A stretch of DNA of 64,000 bases from Octopus vulgaris (GCA_951406725.2 OX597824.1:25978001-26042000); one strand, 5' to 3'. Positions 27,073 to 41,580 are shown, counted from the first letter of the stretch. A program made the numbers and translations. Notes: generated from the sequence alone by a model not told the origin.

Positions 27073-27429
27073 AAGATAAAATTACTTGGAAATCAATGCG
27101 TGTCGTTCAATCATATAATATAAATATAGGCATATATACATGCTGATGTATATACATACACACACACACACACATACATACATACATACGGTAAATTTTT
27201 TGAGTAACTGTTATTCAAAAAATTTACCCTCATTTATTTTTAGCAAAAAAAAAATAAGTTACGATAAAAGTATTATTATAGTTATGATAAATGTATTTAT
27301 AAATTGATTAATGACACTGAAAATACATAAATTGAGGCTAACTTTTAATTTTTTTTGATGAAAATAAATGAGTAATTGTACGTGTTTTCTTTTTTTCATA
27401 GCTGTATACCTACTTTTGCACCCCCACTG

Positions 27430-27470
<41 letters not shown>

Positions 27471-28090
27471 TTGTGTGTGTATGTAAAGGTAAGAACAGTA
27501 GGATAGGGAGATTTATCAGTTAAAATTAGATAATTCTTTAGTTTGCTTTGCCCATCAGTCAAAGCCATGCTGGAGCACTGCCTTCAGAATTAAATGATTT
27601 TTTTTTTTTTTTGCAGGATATACCCAAGGAATTAAACATATTACTCATACATAGCTACACATGTGTGCCCGTGTATTATTCATTCACACATTGAAAACAG
27701 GTCGACCATACATAGCTATATACGCACGTACGTATATATACACACACACACACACATATGCGTTTGGATTTACAAACGAAAGTAAAAAAGTACCCGATAC
27801 ATTCAATAGAATTTCCATATATTTTCTGTACGTATACGGGAAAAAAAGCGAGCCAGAACCAGTTGTACATCTAACCCTCATTACACAGACGAACACACGT
27901 GATACAGGTTCATAGATTGGACAGATCAGACACCCTATCTCCAACAATGCCCATCCAGCTGGATATTCGAGAACAGTGAATTCATTCTTTGTTGGTGCAC
28001 AAGTTTACAATTTCTCGGTACCCCTTCTTTCGTTTTTACTATATACCCCGGTACCAAAATATCTAGAGTTGGTAGATAACCACAAAGTAA

Positions 28091-28122
<32 letters not shown>

Positions 28123-28861
28123 TTCTCAGAAGCATATCTGGAAACGAAAATGGAATGTATAATTAATAAGTTTCATTTAACAATATAAACACACTCGATC
28201 TGATGAGGGAGCCCTACGTCGTGGTCATTCGACCAGCTAGAAGTAGCAGCCAAATCACCTTCAAATCATTTTATCGTCTAACAGGAAAACAAATTGGATA
28301 ATGTAGTCACTACTATACAAAAATAGACGGGATGGTCACGGTTTGGAATATTTTTAACCACATGTTTACTCGATTTGAGTTGAACTGTTATTATACAACA
28401 AAAGCAATACACACTACATATATATTATACACACACACACTTCTTTAGACAATTCATCCTTAAACACGCATCCTGTGGTGGAGTGTGTGAATACAATTCA
28501 ATTTATTTGGTAGTTATTAAACAGGCATTGCAGTCGCAATGGTGCAATGTCTGGCTGTGGTGGACAGGCGGACAGTTGATGAGGGAGGGTGGGGCTAAAG
28601 GCGACAGACAGACAGACACAGAGAAAGCCTAAATTACAGAGATGGAGACACGGCGTAGGAATGGCTATCGATCTGGTTGAACCCAAAGAGTAAACAACAG
28701 CATAACAATCATCATCATCATCGGTTATAGTGATGAAGGGTGTGATAATGAAGTGATGGTGATGGTGTTGGTAAGGCTAGAATGCCAACAGACCCACGGT
28801 CCGCTAATTACACACACCATGCATCCTTAGCAATTCTTCGTAAAAGCGCACCAGAACTTAC

Positions 28862-28884
28862 TCTTCTTCAACCAACACAAACAT
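28862..28884 (-). CDS. Weak candidate alternative first coding exon (MFVLVEE-, phase 2)
   Basis: ATG at 28884-28882, donor AGA|gtaagt; lies in a CpG-retaining unique region; could be chance. Confidence 0.2.
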
Positions 28885-29493
28885 CCCTCCTGTCTTTCTT
28901 CCTCTTCTCCCTCTCTGTCTAAACCCAAAGGGTCCTTGTCATCCCCTTCTATAACAGCCCCTGCAAATGTCCTATCCTCTCCGCCTTTAGAACAGACACC
29001 GACATTACACAAGACAGGCCAAGGAACATGGCGCCGACATTATTCGGTACATTACAATTCATTATTAATAGTAATAATAATAATAATTATTATTATTATT
29101 ATTACAACAACAACGAAGTCCGTCTAGTCTTTACCTCGGCCTCACCACTCCACTCCACTAAGACCTTAGAGGTCTCTCTCCTGCTTTCTCTCTATTTGCG
29201 ATAGAGACAGACACAGGAATTGGAGATAGGGGGTTGAAAGTGTCTCGGCGTGTAACAGACACATACATACATACACTGGTTTTCTTTCATACGAAAGTGT
29301 CCAGAAAAAAAATAAATAAATAAACGCGATCTCCATTCATCCAAAATTCAATACAACACAATACAGAGAACAGAAATTCACAACTCTTTATATTATCATA
29401 CAAGATCTACAACAAAACAAAAAGAACACGTGCTTAGGCTGTGAGCGTTATATTTACGTTTCGTATTCCAGGACATTAGACGAAAATTGCATC

Positions 29494-29536
<43 letters not shown>

Positions 29537-30386
29537 CATAGAGAGAAAGAATGACACAATTGTCAGAACCTCCTATGTTTTCTCTAAATAAATCTATTTT
29601 TGATTCATTTACATGAGTATCTACACTGTTTCCCAGCATGTAATACGCCTGTCTATATATATAATAATATACATAGACATAAACATTGGCAGAATTTTAT
29701 ATAGCCTTCTATCATACTCCCAAAGCGAGCACACACTGCGTATAAATTACATACAAACATACTTATACACACAGAGAAGATATTTTTTTATACTCACATT
29801 TACTAAGAGAGTATTCCTTATTTACCGGGATTGTAACAGACTCGTAACTATACTCGTGCCCTCGCCATCACAGGAACACACATGGTAATATCGCGCGGGT
29901 GCGTGTGCGCGCAGACTCACGCACACACATACACACACACATAGACTTACATATAATTGCACATAGACACAAAAGTAGGTCCGGAAGAGAGCTAGGTGCG
30001 ATAGACATGATAAGCCGGCATGTCTGGAGTGACGACAGAGAGAGAGAGAGTGAGTGAGTGAGGAGTGTGTGTGTATGTCTATTATATAGACAGACTCTAA
30101 GGTAAGCAGGGGATAGAGGAGGAAAATAACGCAGGGTCGGAAGGAGGGTGCATTCTGAGAAAGGATGGGAGTAGGGTACAACATTGGACTGTCTGTGGCA
30201 CTGGGTTTAATTAAGTCTCGAAACGCCGCTACCATCCCACCGTATAGAGGACAAGGAAGCTGACAGACAGCACGATGGCCAGACAAACAAGATAGGACGT
30301 CTCTAAGCAGTCGCTCAACCTGCTAGAAATAGCAACCAAATCTCCCACAAATAATATTAGTCTTTTTTTTAAGAGAAAAAGAATAC

Positions 30387-30761
30387 AGGCGCAGGAGTGG
30401 CAGTGTGGTAAGTAGATGCGTGGCATCTTGGGCAAGTGTCTTCTGCTATAGCCCCGGGCCGACCAATGCCTTGTGAGTGGATTTGGTAGACGGAAACTGA
30501 AAGAAGCCTGTCGTATATATGTATATATATATATAGTGTGTGTGTATATGTTTGTGTGTCTGTGTTTGTCCCCCTAGCATTGCTTGACAACCGATGCTGG
30601 TGTGTTTACGTCCCCGTCACTTAGCGGTTCGGCAAAAGGGACCGATAGAATCAGTACTGGGCTTACAAAGAATAAGTCCTGGGATCGATTTGCTCGACTA
30701 AAGGCGGTGCTCCAGCATGGCCGCAGTCAAATGACTGAAACAAGTAAAAGAGTAAAGAGAG
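30387..30761 (+). mobile_element. SINE family A with deletion in the tRNA head, inserted in a family E copy
   Basis: Consensus match; lacks the B-box segment. Confidence 0.9.
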
Positions 30762-31320
30762 TATTTGTTATGTAGTCCTGTTTGTTATACAGAGTTAAGA
30801 AAAATGAGATAATAAAGACTAGAGAGTCTTTGACCATAAGGCTTGTTCAATCAGGGGCTGATACAGGACCATACAGCAACAAGCAGATTAGACTAGCATA
30901 ATAGACAGAATGGAAAGGCTTGATAGTCAACAGAAACAGTCACTGTATTTGTATGTTTATGTGGCTTTCGCCTGTTTGGTTGGGCATCTCTATATCCCTA
31001 TATGGCATAACACAAGACAGATAACCCACCCATCGTCATACACGTGTGTTCAGCTTTTAGTCATTCTGACTAGACATTGGTATGGTGGTTCCACTATGGT
31101 ACAAGTCCTAGAAGAGTGACTCTCAGCGTCAAGCTTTATCTAGCTAACACATAAAATCTGAATACTTGTGCTTGCCTTCAAGTTCAAGGCTGCAAAGCAA
31201 TGTATATAACGACAGTATATTTTGAACAAAGACTAGAAGATAAACTCAGCTTTGCAGAATCATTCAATCACATGCACATTAATATATATTTATAAGCGTG
31301 GATGTGTGTGTGTGTGTGTG

Positions 31321-31620
<300 letters not shown>

Positions 31621-31626
31621 TTGTAT

Positions 31627-31882
31627 ATCATCATCATCATCATCATCGTTTAACGTCCGCTTTCCATGCTAGCATGGGTTGGACGGTTCAACTGGGGTCT
31701 GGGAAACCCGAAGACTGCACCAGGCCAGTCAGATCTGGCGGTGTTTCTACAGCTGGATGCTCTTCCTAACGCCAACCACTCCGTGAGTGTAGTGGGTGCT
31801 TTTTATGTGCCACCAACACAGGTGCCAGACGAGGCTGGTAAACGGCCACGCTCGGATGGTGCTTTTTACGTGCCATCAGCAC
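31627..31882 (-). mobile_element. SINE family C
   Basis: (CAT)n tail complement followed by consensus body. Confidence 0.85.
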
Positions 31883-32024
31883 GTATATATATATATAAAT
31901 ACAATAAGAGGCTTCCAAATAGGAAAACCTTGTGCTAGAAAGAGCAGTAGAAGACTCAAACTACCAAATAAGGATAAATTCTCGAAAGGAATGAAAATTA
32001 AAAACGTTTACCATCTCAATTATT

Positions 32025-32093
32025 TCCAAGGCCATGGTTTCTAACTATTTCCAGCAAAAAAATATTCGCTGAAGGCCAGTTTCATCAGTGGGA
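32025..32093 (-). ncRNA. Type-I hammerhead-like motif with degenerate cleavage site (GCC)
   Basis: tccca-CTGATGA-AACT..TTCAGC..GCTGGA..AGTT-A-GAA-ACCATGGC-C-ttgga. Confidence 0.5.
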
Positions 32094-32220
32094 CAGCCTT
32101 TGGATTTCAAATATACACTCAGCCAGATCCACAAGTAAAACTAACTGCTTGTATATCCTAACTAGTGCTAGGCTACTGGTAATAATAATTTCTTATTACC
32201 CTATTGTTATTTATTATGTT

Positions 32221-32279
<59 letters not shown>

Positions 32280-32381
32280 CATACCAGAGTAAGCACAAAT
32301 GTGAAACAAGGTGGAAAATATAGTACTCGAATCCAGGAGGTAGACTAACGTGCTTTATCAATAAAGCTGCAAAGACATCAT

Positions 32382-32429
32382 AAAAACTGTTACTCAGAGT
32401 TTCACATTACCGTTCGTTGGACAGTTTTT
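32382..32429 (-). ncRNA. Decayed minimal hammerhead motif (core CCAACGA), same family as 63405-63442
   Basis: aaaaactgt-CCAACGA-ACGGTAATGT-GAA-ACTCTGAGT-A-acagttttt; followed by a partial inverted copy at 32425-32460. Confidence 0.5.
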
Positions 32430-32584
32430 GTCCAAAGAACGAGAACGTGTAACAGTTTTTGTGGGAATAAGTCAGGGGGTTAATTTCTGAGACTAAAAGG
32501 CGGTGCCCCAGCATGGCCGCTGTGAAATGACTGAAACAAGTAAAAGAATAAAAGAATATATAAATATATATATATATATATATA

Positions 32585-33328
32585 GGCGCAAAAATGGCTG
32601 TGTGGTAAGTAGCTTACTTACCAACCACATGGTTCCAGGTTCAGTCCCACTGCATGGCACCTTGGGCAAGTGTCTTCTACTATAGCCTCGGGCTGACCAA
32701 AGCCTTGTGAGTGGATTTGGTAGACGGAAACTGAAAGAAGCCTGTCATATATATATGTGTGCATGTGTGTCTGTATCTGCCCCCCCCCAACATTGCTTGA
32801 CAACCGATGCTGGTGTGTTTACATCCCGTAACTTAGTGGTTCGGCAAAAAGAGACTGATAGAATAAGAACTAGGCTTACAAAGAATAAGTCCTGGGGTCG
32901 ATTTGTTCAACTAAAGGCATGCTCCAGCATGGCTGCAGTCAAATGACCGAAACAAATAAAAGAACGGCACATAAAAAGCACCATCCGAACGTGGCCGATA
33001 CCAGCGCCGCCTTGACTGGCTTATGTGCCGGTAGCACATAAAAAGCACCATCCAAATGCGGCCAATGCCAGCGCCACCTTGGCTGGCTTCCGTGCCGGGG
33101 GCACGTTAAAAGCACCAACCGATCGTGGCCGATGCCAGACTCCCCTGGCAAGTAAAAAGCACCCACTACACTCGCGGAGTGGTTGGCATTAGGAAGGGCA
33201 TCCAGCTGTAGAAACACTGCCAGATCAGACTGGAGCCTGGTGCAGCCTCCTGGCTTCCCAGATCCCCAGTCGAACCATCCAACACGTGCTAGCGCGGAAA
33301 ACGGACGTTAAACAATGATGATGATGAT
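32585..33328 (+). mobile_element. Family A SINE (32585-32962) directly followed by family C SINE (32965-33328)
   Basis: Consensus matches; family C copy retains three internal GGCAC..AAAAGCACC subrepeats. Confidence 0.85.
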
Positions 33329-33874
33329 ATATATAATCAGCAGAAGTTACAGGGAGACTCAAAGGCCAAGAATTCCATTCATTAGCACTTATCAAAATTT
33401 TGTGTTCTATTTTTCCTATTTACATCACCAAATGAAAAATGAATTAATGTATGTATGTAGTTGACATCATAAGAATTTATAAACTTTCGAGAGAACGTGA
33501 AATAATTTTTTCAGAACAGTGGATCTCAAAGCATACATGAATCTATAATGTTTACATGCTTTATGGTAACTTTAAAGAGATATATTTATATGGTGTGGGT
33601 GGGAGGATACGTACACCAGCATGCATACAAATAGCTATGTACGTATTGGTTTCATTGATTTGAACCAATGAGGTTTGATCATGTTGGAACTCTGCAACTT
33701 TGTAGTTAGTTTTTATCTTCCTGGTGCTTCAACGTGTGTCTGTGTGTGTGAGCACATGCGCGTGTGTGTATGAGTGTTTGTAGTTGCTGAATGAGTGAGG
33801 TTACTAGAGACCGCTCGACACTAATTGAATATATAACATAATACACTGGACTGGGTCACGAGAGAGAAACTTAC

Positions 33875-33908
33875 CCAGGTAATGTTTCAAATATTCAAGA
33901 GGAGCCAT
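33875..33908 (-). CDS. Weak candidate first coding exon (MAPLEYLKHYL-, phase 1)
   Basis: Kozak-like ataATGG and donor CTGG|gtaagt in unique sequence; phase differs from the 55781 candidate. Confidence 0.25.
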
Positions 33909-34218
33909 TATCAAGTTCCTGATTTATTTAGGTCAGCTATGAAACAACTGAGCTCTTTTCTGAAGACTGCACTGTTCTAATAAAAGCGTTTTTTTTACTC
34001 AATTGTCATCTGATAAAATCTTTCAGCAGTTAACAAATGTCTTCTCTGTTCCTTTATATAATCAGTGATGTAGACTGAAGTTTGGTACTTGTCATTCAGA
34101 ATCTAACAAATATAGCCAACATGTTCTCTCTCTCTTTCTCTCCTCTCTCTCTTCTAAAGGGTAGGGGCTTCAGAGTTTGGAGTTGATTATTTTACCTTTA
34201 TTTTTAAACCTTTTGTGA

Positions 34219-34552
34219 AGGCGCATGGCTCAGTGGTTAGAGCGTCGAGCTTACAATCATGGGGTTGCGAGCTCAAATCCCAGACCGGGCTGCGTGTTGT
34301 GTTCATGAGCAAGACACTTTATTTCACGTTGCTCCAGTTCACTCAGCTGTAGAAATGAGAAGCAACGTCACAGGTGCCAAGCTGTATTGGCCTTTGCCTT
34401 TCCCTTGGATAACACTGGTGGTGTGGAGATGGGAGGCCGGTATGCATGGGCGACTGCTGGTCTTCCATAAACAACCTTGCCCGGACTTGTGCCTGGGAGG
34501 GTAACTTTCTAGGTGCAATCCCATGGTCAGTGTCGTGACCGAAGGGGGTCTC
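34219..34552 (+). mobile_element. tRNA-derived CORE-like SINE, family D
   Basis: GGCGCATGGCTCAGTGGTTAGAGC A-box head, GAGCTCAAATCCC B-box-like, CATGAGCAAGACACTT core; homologue at 6445-6783. Confidence 0.85.
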
Positions 34553-35439
34553 ATTTTTAAACCTTTTACTTGTTTCAGTCATTGGACTGTGGTTGGATAT
34601 CCTCAAACAAATTGAGCCCAGTACTTATTCCTTGGGTCTATTTTGCCAAACTGCTACTGGGTGGGTGGGAACAAACACAAAATACTGGGGGAGGGGGGGG
34701 ACAAATACAAAATAAACACAGAGACAGACACACACAATGGACTTCTTCAGAGTTTCATCATCATTTAGCATCTCTTTGTCCATGCTGGCATGGGTTGGAT
34801 GGTTTGACAAGAAAAGAGGAGCTAGAGGGCTCCACCAGGTTCTAAGTCTGCTTTAGCATGCTTTCTACAGCTTGATGCCCTTCCTAATGCCAACCACTTA
34901 ACTGAGTGTATTTAGTGCTTTTTACATGGTACCAGCACAGGTGAAATTCATCTACTAAATTCACTCACAAGGCATTGGTTAACCCTGGGCTATAGTAGAA
35001 GACACTTTCCCAAGGTGCCATGCAATGGGACTAAACTTGAGTCCCTATCGGACGAGTCAATGAATATTACTTGTAACTTACACTTCCTGCGATACCTTAT
35101 ATATATATATATATTTTAAACGGCGGTTAATGATCTACAGTGCTGCTGGTTACAGGTTTCCAAAAACAGACCATCATTTATTTCTTCGTCGCTGTGCTAA
35201 CAGTGATGGATAGGGACAAGAAAATGTCTGTGCCACATGGTTTACAGCAAAGACTGCAGTAGACTTAGTGTAGGCTTCTTTGTAATGACTTTTCAGTTTT
35301 CTAATTGATATCCCAATCATCCTCATTTCAATGTCCACTTAATGAGATGTGTTGAGGGCGAATTTTCTATGGCCGGATGTCCTTCCTGTTTCCAACCTTT
35401 ACCTGTTTCCAAGCAAAGTAATATTTCCATATTATTTAG

Positions 35440-35680
35440 ATAAGTTTCGGCCATGTCTAATTTAATAGCACCACCTGGAAGAGATACACAGTCAGCTCTT
35501 GAGCGCCATAACCCGTTTGTCCAGAGAGTTATTGTTCTCAGAGACATATCCGGGTGTGGGTGGTTTGTCTGGTATTTGTTGGAGGTAATCATCTAGGGAC
35601 CGTTTGAATGCCATGAAATCACTTTCCTCCTTTATGTGGGCTGGCACAATGTTTGAAGAGAGTAGGGCTAGTTGAGGTGA
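35440..35680 (-). mobile_element. CR1/L2-group LINE extreme 3' fragment inserted in a chimeric SINE
   Basis: FKRSLDDYLQQIPDKPPTPGYVSENNNSL, a typical ORF2 C-terminus; homologous decayed copy at ~41420-41900 (+). Confidence 0.7.
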
Positions 35681-35771
35681 AATATGACCACGAGTTTTCA
35701 CAGAAATGAAAGACACTGTTTGCATGAGGATGGCACTCATTTACAACCATCATATGAAGTCAAGCCAAGAC

Positions 35772-35814
<43 letters not shown>

Positions 35815-37460
35815 AAAGGGTATTTTCCAATTTCCATCAATCAAAATCCACTCACAAGGCTTTGGCGGGCCCAAAGTTATAGCAGAAGATATTTGCCAAA
35901 GATACCGCACAGTGGGACTGAACCCAAGATGACATGATTGGAAAGCAAGCTTCTTCGCTATACAACCACTTTTCATTTTATTTTGCTTGCAAGCATATAT
36001 ATCATCATCATCATCATTTTTGAAGTCCATACTAGCATGAGGTGGCCTACATCTACGTATGAAACGTATACTTCGTTGCTGCTGTTTATATAACTATCTG
36101 AAGTTTTTATGAATTCTTGTTTCTTCAGGGCAACAAATATTTCTTCTTACTGAAATTCAAAAACATCAACCAAATATATTTAATTCTACAACTTGTATAA
36201 AGTACTTTTTCTTCTATTTTGTTATTAAAAAAGAAAAATGTATATTAGCATAGGAATGGCTGTGTGGTTAAAAATCTTACTTTACACCCATGAGGTTTCC
36301 GGTTCGGTCCTACTACGCGGCACCTTGGGCAAAGTGTCTACAACTACAGTCCTGGGTTAACCAAAGACACACGGGTGAATTTGGTAGACAGAAACTGAAG
36401 GAAGCCAATCATGTGTGAATGTGTGCGAGTGTGTGTGTTTGAGTGTATTTGAGTGTGTGTGTGTTTGAGTGTGTTTGAGTATGTGTGTGTTTGAGTGTGT
36501 GTCTGAATCTTTGCCTTGATTGATACTGCATGATAGTTATAAATAAGTGTCAATGTCCTTCATTTCCAATCTTCTGTGGAAACATTCTTGGTCACGTTAT
36601 TATTTCACTTCGAAACAGGTGAGGGTATCTGGGAGTAGAAAATTCTTCTCAACAAATTCCATCCAACCCATTGCAAACATGCAGAAGTGTGTGTGTGTAT
36701 ACATACATATTTGTATATGGAAGACAGCTTTTCTTTAAAACACATTAAATTGAAAACATGTGTAGATTTATCTTTCCAAAGTTTTTTTTTTCTTCATAAT
36801 TCTTTACAAGCCCTTTACAGTTTCTTTCTAACAGTCAAGTTCTTAGGTCCATCTATGATTTTAGACCTTTGCAGTCTTATCTTTCTGGATGACATGACTG
36901 TTGGTCTTGGCATCTGTTACTACCAATACCAAAATTTAAAGTAGGTAGCTGCCATAAGATTCCTGTTCAGGTTAAAATAAGAGAGAAATTACTGTTGGGT
37001 TTTCATCTGACTCCAGAATTTTCTTTATGAATCATACGTGTTTTCTGCATGTTGATTTTTACATTATGTTATACAACTGGAAGTGACATTAAGGACACAA
37101 AATACAAAATAAATTAAAAAAATGATAAATAAAAACTTAACTCACACTAGTCACAAATGAAAACCACTCCTTGGTTACTGTGAAAAGACTGGAAGTAGCT
37201 GTCACATTAAACCAAGTGGTAATGTCACTATTAACATACATACAGCCTATTTTGCGTCTCTCTTTTGCTTTAAAATGGTGGTAACGCATGCCAGAAACCA
37301 AGCACTTCATCACAGAAATTAAAATCATAAAGAACTTACGAATTTTACTGTAGCAAATCAAACACATTGTAAAAATAATATAAAGATAAGAAGCAGTCAT
37401 GTTTGAATCACACACACACATATATATACACACACACTCACATGCATGTGTGCATGCAAA

Positions 37461-37494
<34 letters not shown>

Positions 37495-38097
37495 GGCAGT
37501 GACATGGCTGTCTGTTTATGAAATTTGCTTTGCAACCTCCTGATTCCTGGTATGATCCAATAGTGAGGGCACTTTGAACAAATGTCTTCCATTGTAACTT
37601 TGGGTTGACAATGACATGTAAAAGAAATTGTGCAAAAGCCCATTGTGTGTGTGTACATGTGTGTATGTGTACACTCACTTTAACCACTCAACCACCACAA
37701 AGCCACCTCCCTCAGTGCCACTCCCTGTCCCAGCTGAAGGGCCTTTGTCTTGCAAATTACTTGGCAACCCTACTGGTGCTGGTGCCACATAAAAAGCACC
37801 AGTGTTGCTGTCACATAAAAAGCATTCAGTAAACACTGTAAAGTAGTTCACATAAGAAAGGGCATCCAGCCGTAGAAACCATGCCAAAGCAGACACCAGA
37901 GCCTGGTGCAGTTCTCTGGCTTGCCAGCTCCAGTTAAATTGTCCGATCCATACAAGCATGGAAAGCGGACATTAAAAGGTGACGGTGATGATGATGATAT
38001 AGAGTCAGTACTCTTACTTAGATAAAAGCAAAGTTAAAGAAGCTTCAATGATAATTCAAAGCGGAAAGCCTCCCTTCAGGGATGTAGTGTAGTAAAA

Positions 38098-38295
38098 TCT
38101 GAAAGGAAACCGACCTCCTGCATTATACAACGGGCTCTGAGAAGGAACCCACAAGGAAGGCAGAAGAGATGGCAACCTAAAAATAGCTGGAGGTGGGATG
38201 CTGAGGAAGCACTGTAAAAGCAGGGATCCAAGTAGAAAGAAACAGAAAACTCATTGATAGCCTATACTCCAAAGGGAGCAATGAGCTTAAGTAAA
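38098..38295 (+). mobile_element. Decayed RTE/RTE-X LINE 3' fragment
   Basis: RKPTSCIIQRALRRNPQGRQKRWQPKNSWR resembles the RTE motif RK..CITRQAL.WNPQGKRKRGRPKNTWRR. Confidence 0.6.
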
Positions 38296-39044
38296 TTAAA
38301 TTATCACTCTTATTGAGAAACTCAAACACTATTAACTGAAAAGTATCATTAGTTTGTTAAACAAGATAAAAAATTTTGACCACAGTGGTGCTTAACTGTT
38401 TTAATATCTGAGTTAGATCCAAAACCCAGATTTTTTTAGGAGTCCACACCAAAAATAAAAAGCAAAATACAACTCAATTTAAGAAACATTTATGATATTT
38501 ATAAAGGAAAGATCATTGAGGGCTGCTGGAAGGATACTTGAGGGCCACATTAGACCCTGGGATCTACGTTGAGAACCACATGTAAAAAGCACCCAGTACA
38601 CTTTGTAAAGTGGTTGACATTAGGAAGGGCAAACAGCTGTAGAAACCATGCCAAAACAGAGAATGGAGCAGTCTGGTGCATCTCCCTAACCTTACCAGCT
38701 CCTGTCAAACCATCCAACCCATGCCAGTGTGAAGATACAAATGCTAACTGATGACGATGATGATGTTCCAGCCAGTTACACAAATTCTCAGTAGTTTTTA
38801 TCGTTAACTTACTGATCATGCTAGGGAACTGCTTTGAAGGGTTTTAGCCAAACAGATCAACCTCAGCACTTCTTGTTTTTTTTTTAAAGTCTGGTACTTA
38901 CTCTATTAGTCTCTTTTACTGAACTGCTAGGTTATGCAGACATAATCAAACCAATACCAGTTGTCAACCAGCAAAGAGGGAGATATGCATGGACAGAGAG
39001 AGACACATGCATGTATACATTCAACAGGCTTCCACGCAGTTTCT

Positions 39045-39273
39045 TATTTCTTTATTGCCCACAAGGGGCTAAATATAGAGGGGACAAACAAGGACAGACA
39101 AACAGATTAAGTCAATTATATCGACCCCAGTGCTTAACTGGTACTTAATTTATCAACCCTGAAAGTTTGAAAGGCAAAGTCGACCTCGGCGGAATTTGAA
39201 CTCAGAACGTAACGACAGATGAAATACCCACTAATCATTTCGCCTGGTGTGCAAACATTTCTGCCAGCTCGCC
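39045..39273 (-). mobile_element. SINE family B nested in a decayed family A copy
   Basis: Consensus match; CAGTTTCT repeated on both flanks. Confidence 0.85.
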
Positions 39274-41113
39274 ACCACAGTTTCTGCCTACCAAATTCAC
39301 TCACAAGGCTCTGGTCTGTTCTGGGCTATAGTAGAAGACACTTGTCCAAAGTGCCATGCAATGGGACTGAACCTGAAACTACATAGTAATGAAGCAAGCT
39401 TCTTAACTTACACAGCCATGAGTTCATAAAATTCTAGTGCGATTTGGTTAGCTCAGGCTTCTGTAATGTTAAGTGAGTTGGAAAATATTTATCCTAGATA
39501 GCAAGAAAGTCTATTGTCAGTAACCTTCCACAGAAAGCTTAGGCAAGTACAAGTAGTTAAAGTATTTGGTACAGACAGCAAAACAATGGCTGTGAGTAAT
39601 GAACTGTCAGTTTAGAGCTCAGTAATCCAAAGTTTTATCTACCCAAACAGTTTGTAGCCATAGTTCATTGTTACGTAGACATCAGTACATTCATCTCTCT
39701 GTATGTTCTGAATTCAAATACCACTGAGGTTGAATTTGCCTTTCATTCTTTTGGGGGTCAATAAAATTGATATCAGTTGAGCACTGGAGGGAGGGGATCA
39801 ATGTGTTCAACTAGCCCCATCCTGTAAATCTTCAGGCCATGTGCTTATAGTAGAAAGAAATTTATATGTTGAGATCCTAAAAGCAAGGTGCCACAGAAAA
39901 AGCATTGATGCAGGAGCTGGTGTCACATAAAAAGCACTGGTGCAACTTAAAAAGCACTGATGATGGTGCCACTAAAAAAGCACCCAGTACACTCTGTAGA
40001 ATGGTTGGCCTTAGGAAGGGCATCCAGCTGTAGAAACCAAGCTAAAACAGACCTTGGGACCTGGTGAAGCCCCTGGCCTTACCAGTTCCTGTCAAGCTTT
40101 CCAAACCATGCCAGCATGGAAAACAGATATTAAATGATGATGATGATGATGATTCCTGCTCTCTCTCTCCCTCTGTCTCTCTCTCCATATGTATACTTAC
40201 ACACATTATAAAAGTAATGGATCATGGTCAGAATTTTCAACCATGAGTGTTAGGTTACAAATCAACCGAACCACTAGGCTCATTGAATTAACATAAGCAT
40301 GTAAGTGGCTGAGAATTCCATTACATTGTATGTCCCAGCTTAACCATTACATTACAGGTACAATCCATCCAATGGGCTTCTTCAGTTTCCATCTACCCAA
40401 TTTCACTCACAAACTATGGAGCAACCCAAGGTTATAGAAAAATTACTCTTGTTCAAGTTGCCACATTCATTCATTCATTTAATGTCCACTTTTCCATGCT
40501 AAGATGGCTTAAATAGGAATTGATTTTGATACAAGATTTTTACAGCCAGATCCTCTTCCTGTTGCCAGCCCTCACCCATCTTTCAAGTGAAGGATTTTTA
40601 TATTTCCACTGCTCTTTGGAAATATGGATCTATTGGTTATAATGTCAACACAGATGGTAAACATCACCACAGTTTCACTCAAATGATGACAAGTGAAATA
40701 TGAACAGCCATGCACACACATATATATACAACAAGATTACTACAGTTTCTATTTACGAGATTCAATAACAGGGGCCATGGTAGAAATTACTTGCACAAAG
40801 TGCCATGCTATAGCGACACAAACTTCTTAACCACATAGCCATGCCTGCACCACAGATGTACATACATGCACAAACACACATATATCAATTAACAGCCAAA
40901 TATAAAAATTGAAGCACCCCAGACATTGAGCAATAGGAAAATAGACAACATGACAGGTCTTGATTATTGAAATTGCCTCAAGAAACTCAAACTTTATTTG
41001 CACCAATGCTGCATTGAGCGCTATATCATTTGTATGATGTGGAAAATATTCCAACATCACTGCCCAAATAAAGTTTGCGCCAACTTCACGCAAGGCTTGA
41101 TCCTTTTGCTATC

Positions 41114-41380
41114 CATCATCATCATCATTTAGCATCCGCTTTCCATGCTAGCAAGGGTTGGACGGTTCAACTGGGGTCTGGGAAGCCAGAAGGTTGCACC
41201 AGGCCCAGTCTGATCTGGCAATGTTTCTACGGCTGGATGCCCTTCCTAACGCCAACCACTCCATGAGTGTAGTGGGTGCTTTTTACATGCCACCGGCACA
41301 GGTGCCAGACAGGGCTGGCAAACGGTCACGGTTGGATGGTGCTTTTTACATGCCACCGGCACGGGGGCCAGGCGAGGCTC
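41114..41380 (-). mobile_element. SINE family C
   Basis: Consensus match. Confidence 0.85.
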
Positions 41381-41580
41381 CACTACAAAAATCTTAATCA
41401 CATCACATTACAGCACTAAGAACTATTTCACCTCAATTTAACCCTGCTCTTTTTAACATCATACCAAGAGAAGAAAAACACCTCATAACATAAGAGAAGA
41501 AAACCACCTCTTAACATTCAAACAGGTCCTGGATGAATATCTCCACCAAATTCCAGATAAATCACTTAAACCCAGATATA

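Noticed and set aside
28198-28230. CTGATGA followed by GGGG-A-GCCC hairpin, possible hammerhead
   Set aside because: No GAAA, stem III or stem I; the sequence continues into repeat family E.
38382-38582. Possible hAT MITE (CAGTGGTGCTTAAC ... GTTGAGAACCACATG)
   Set aside because: TIRs too degenerate and no 8-bp TSD found.
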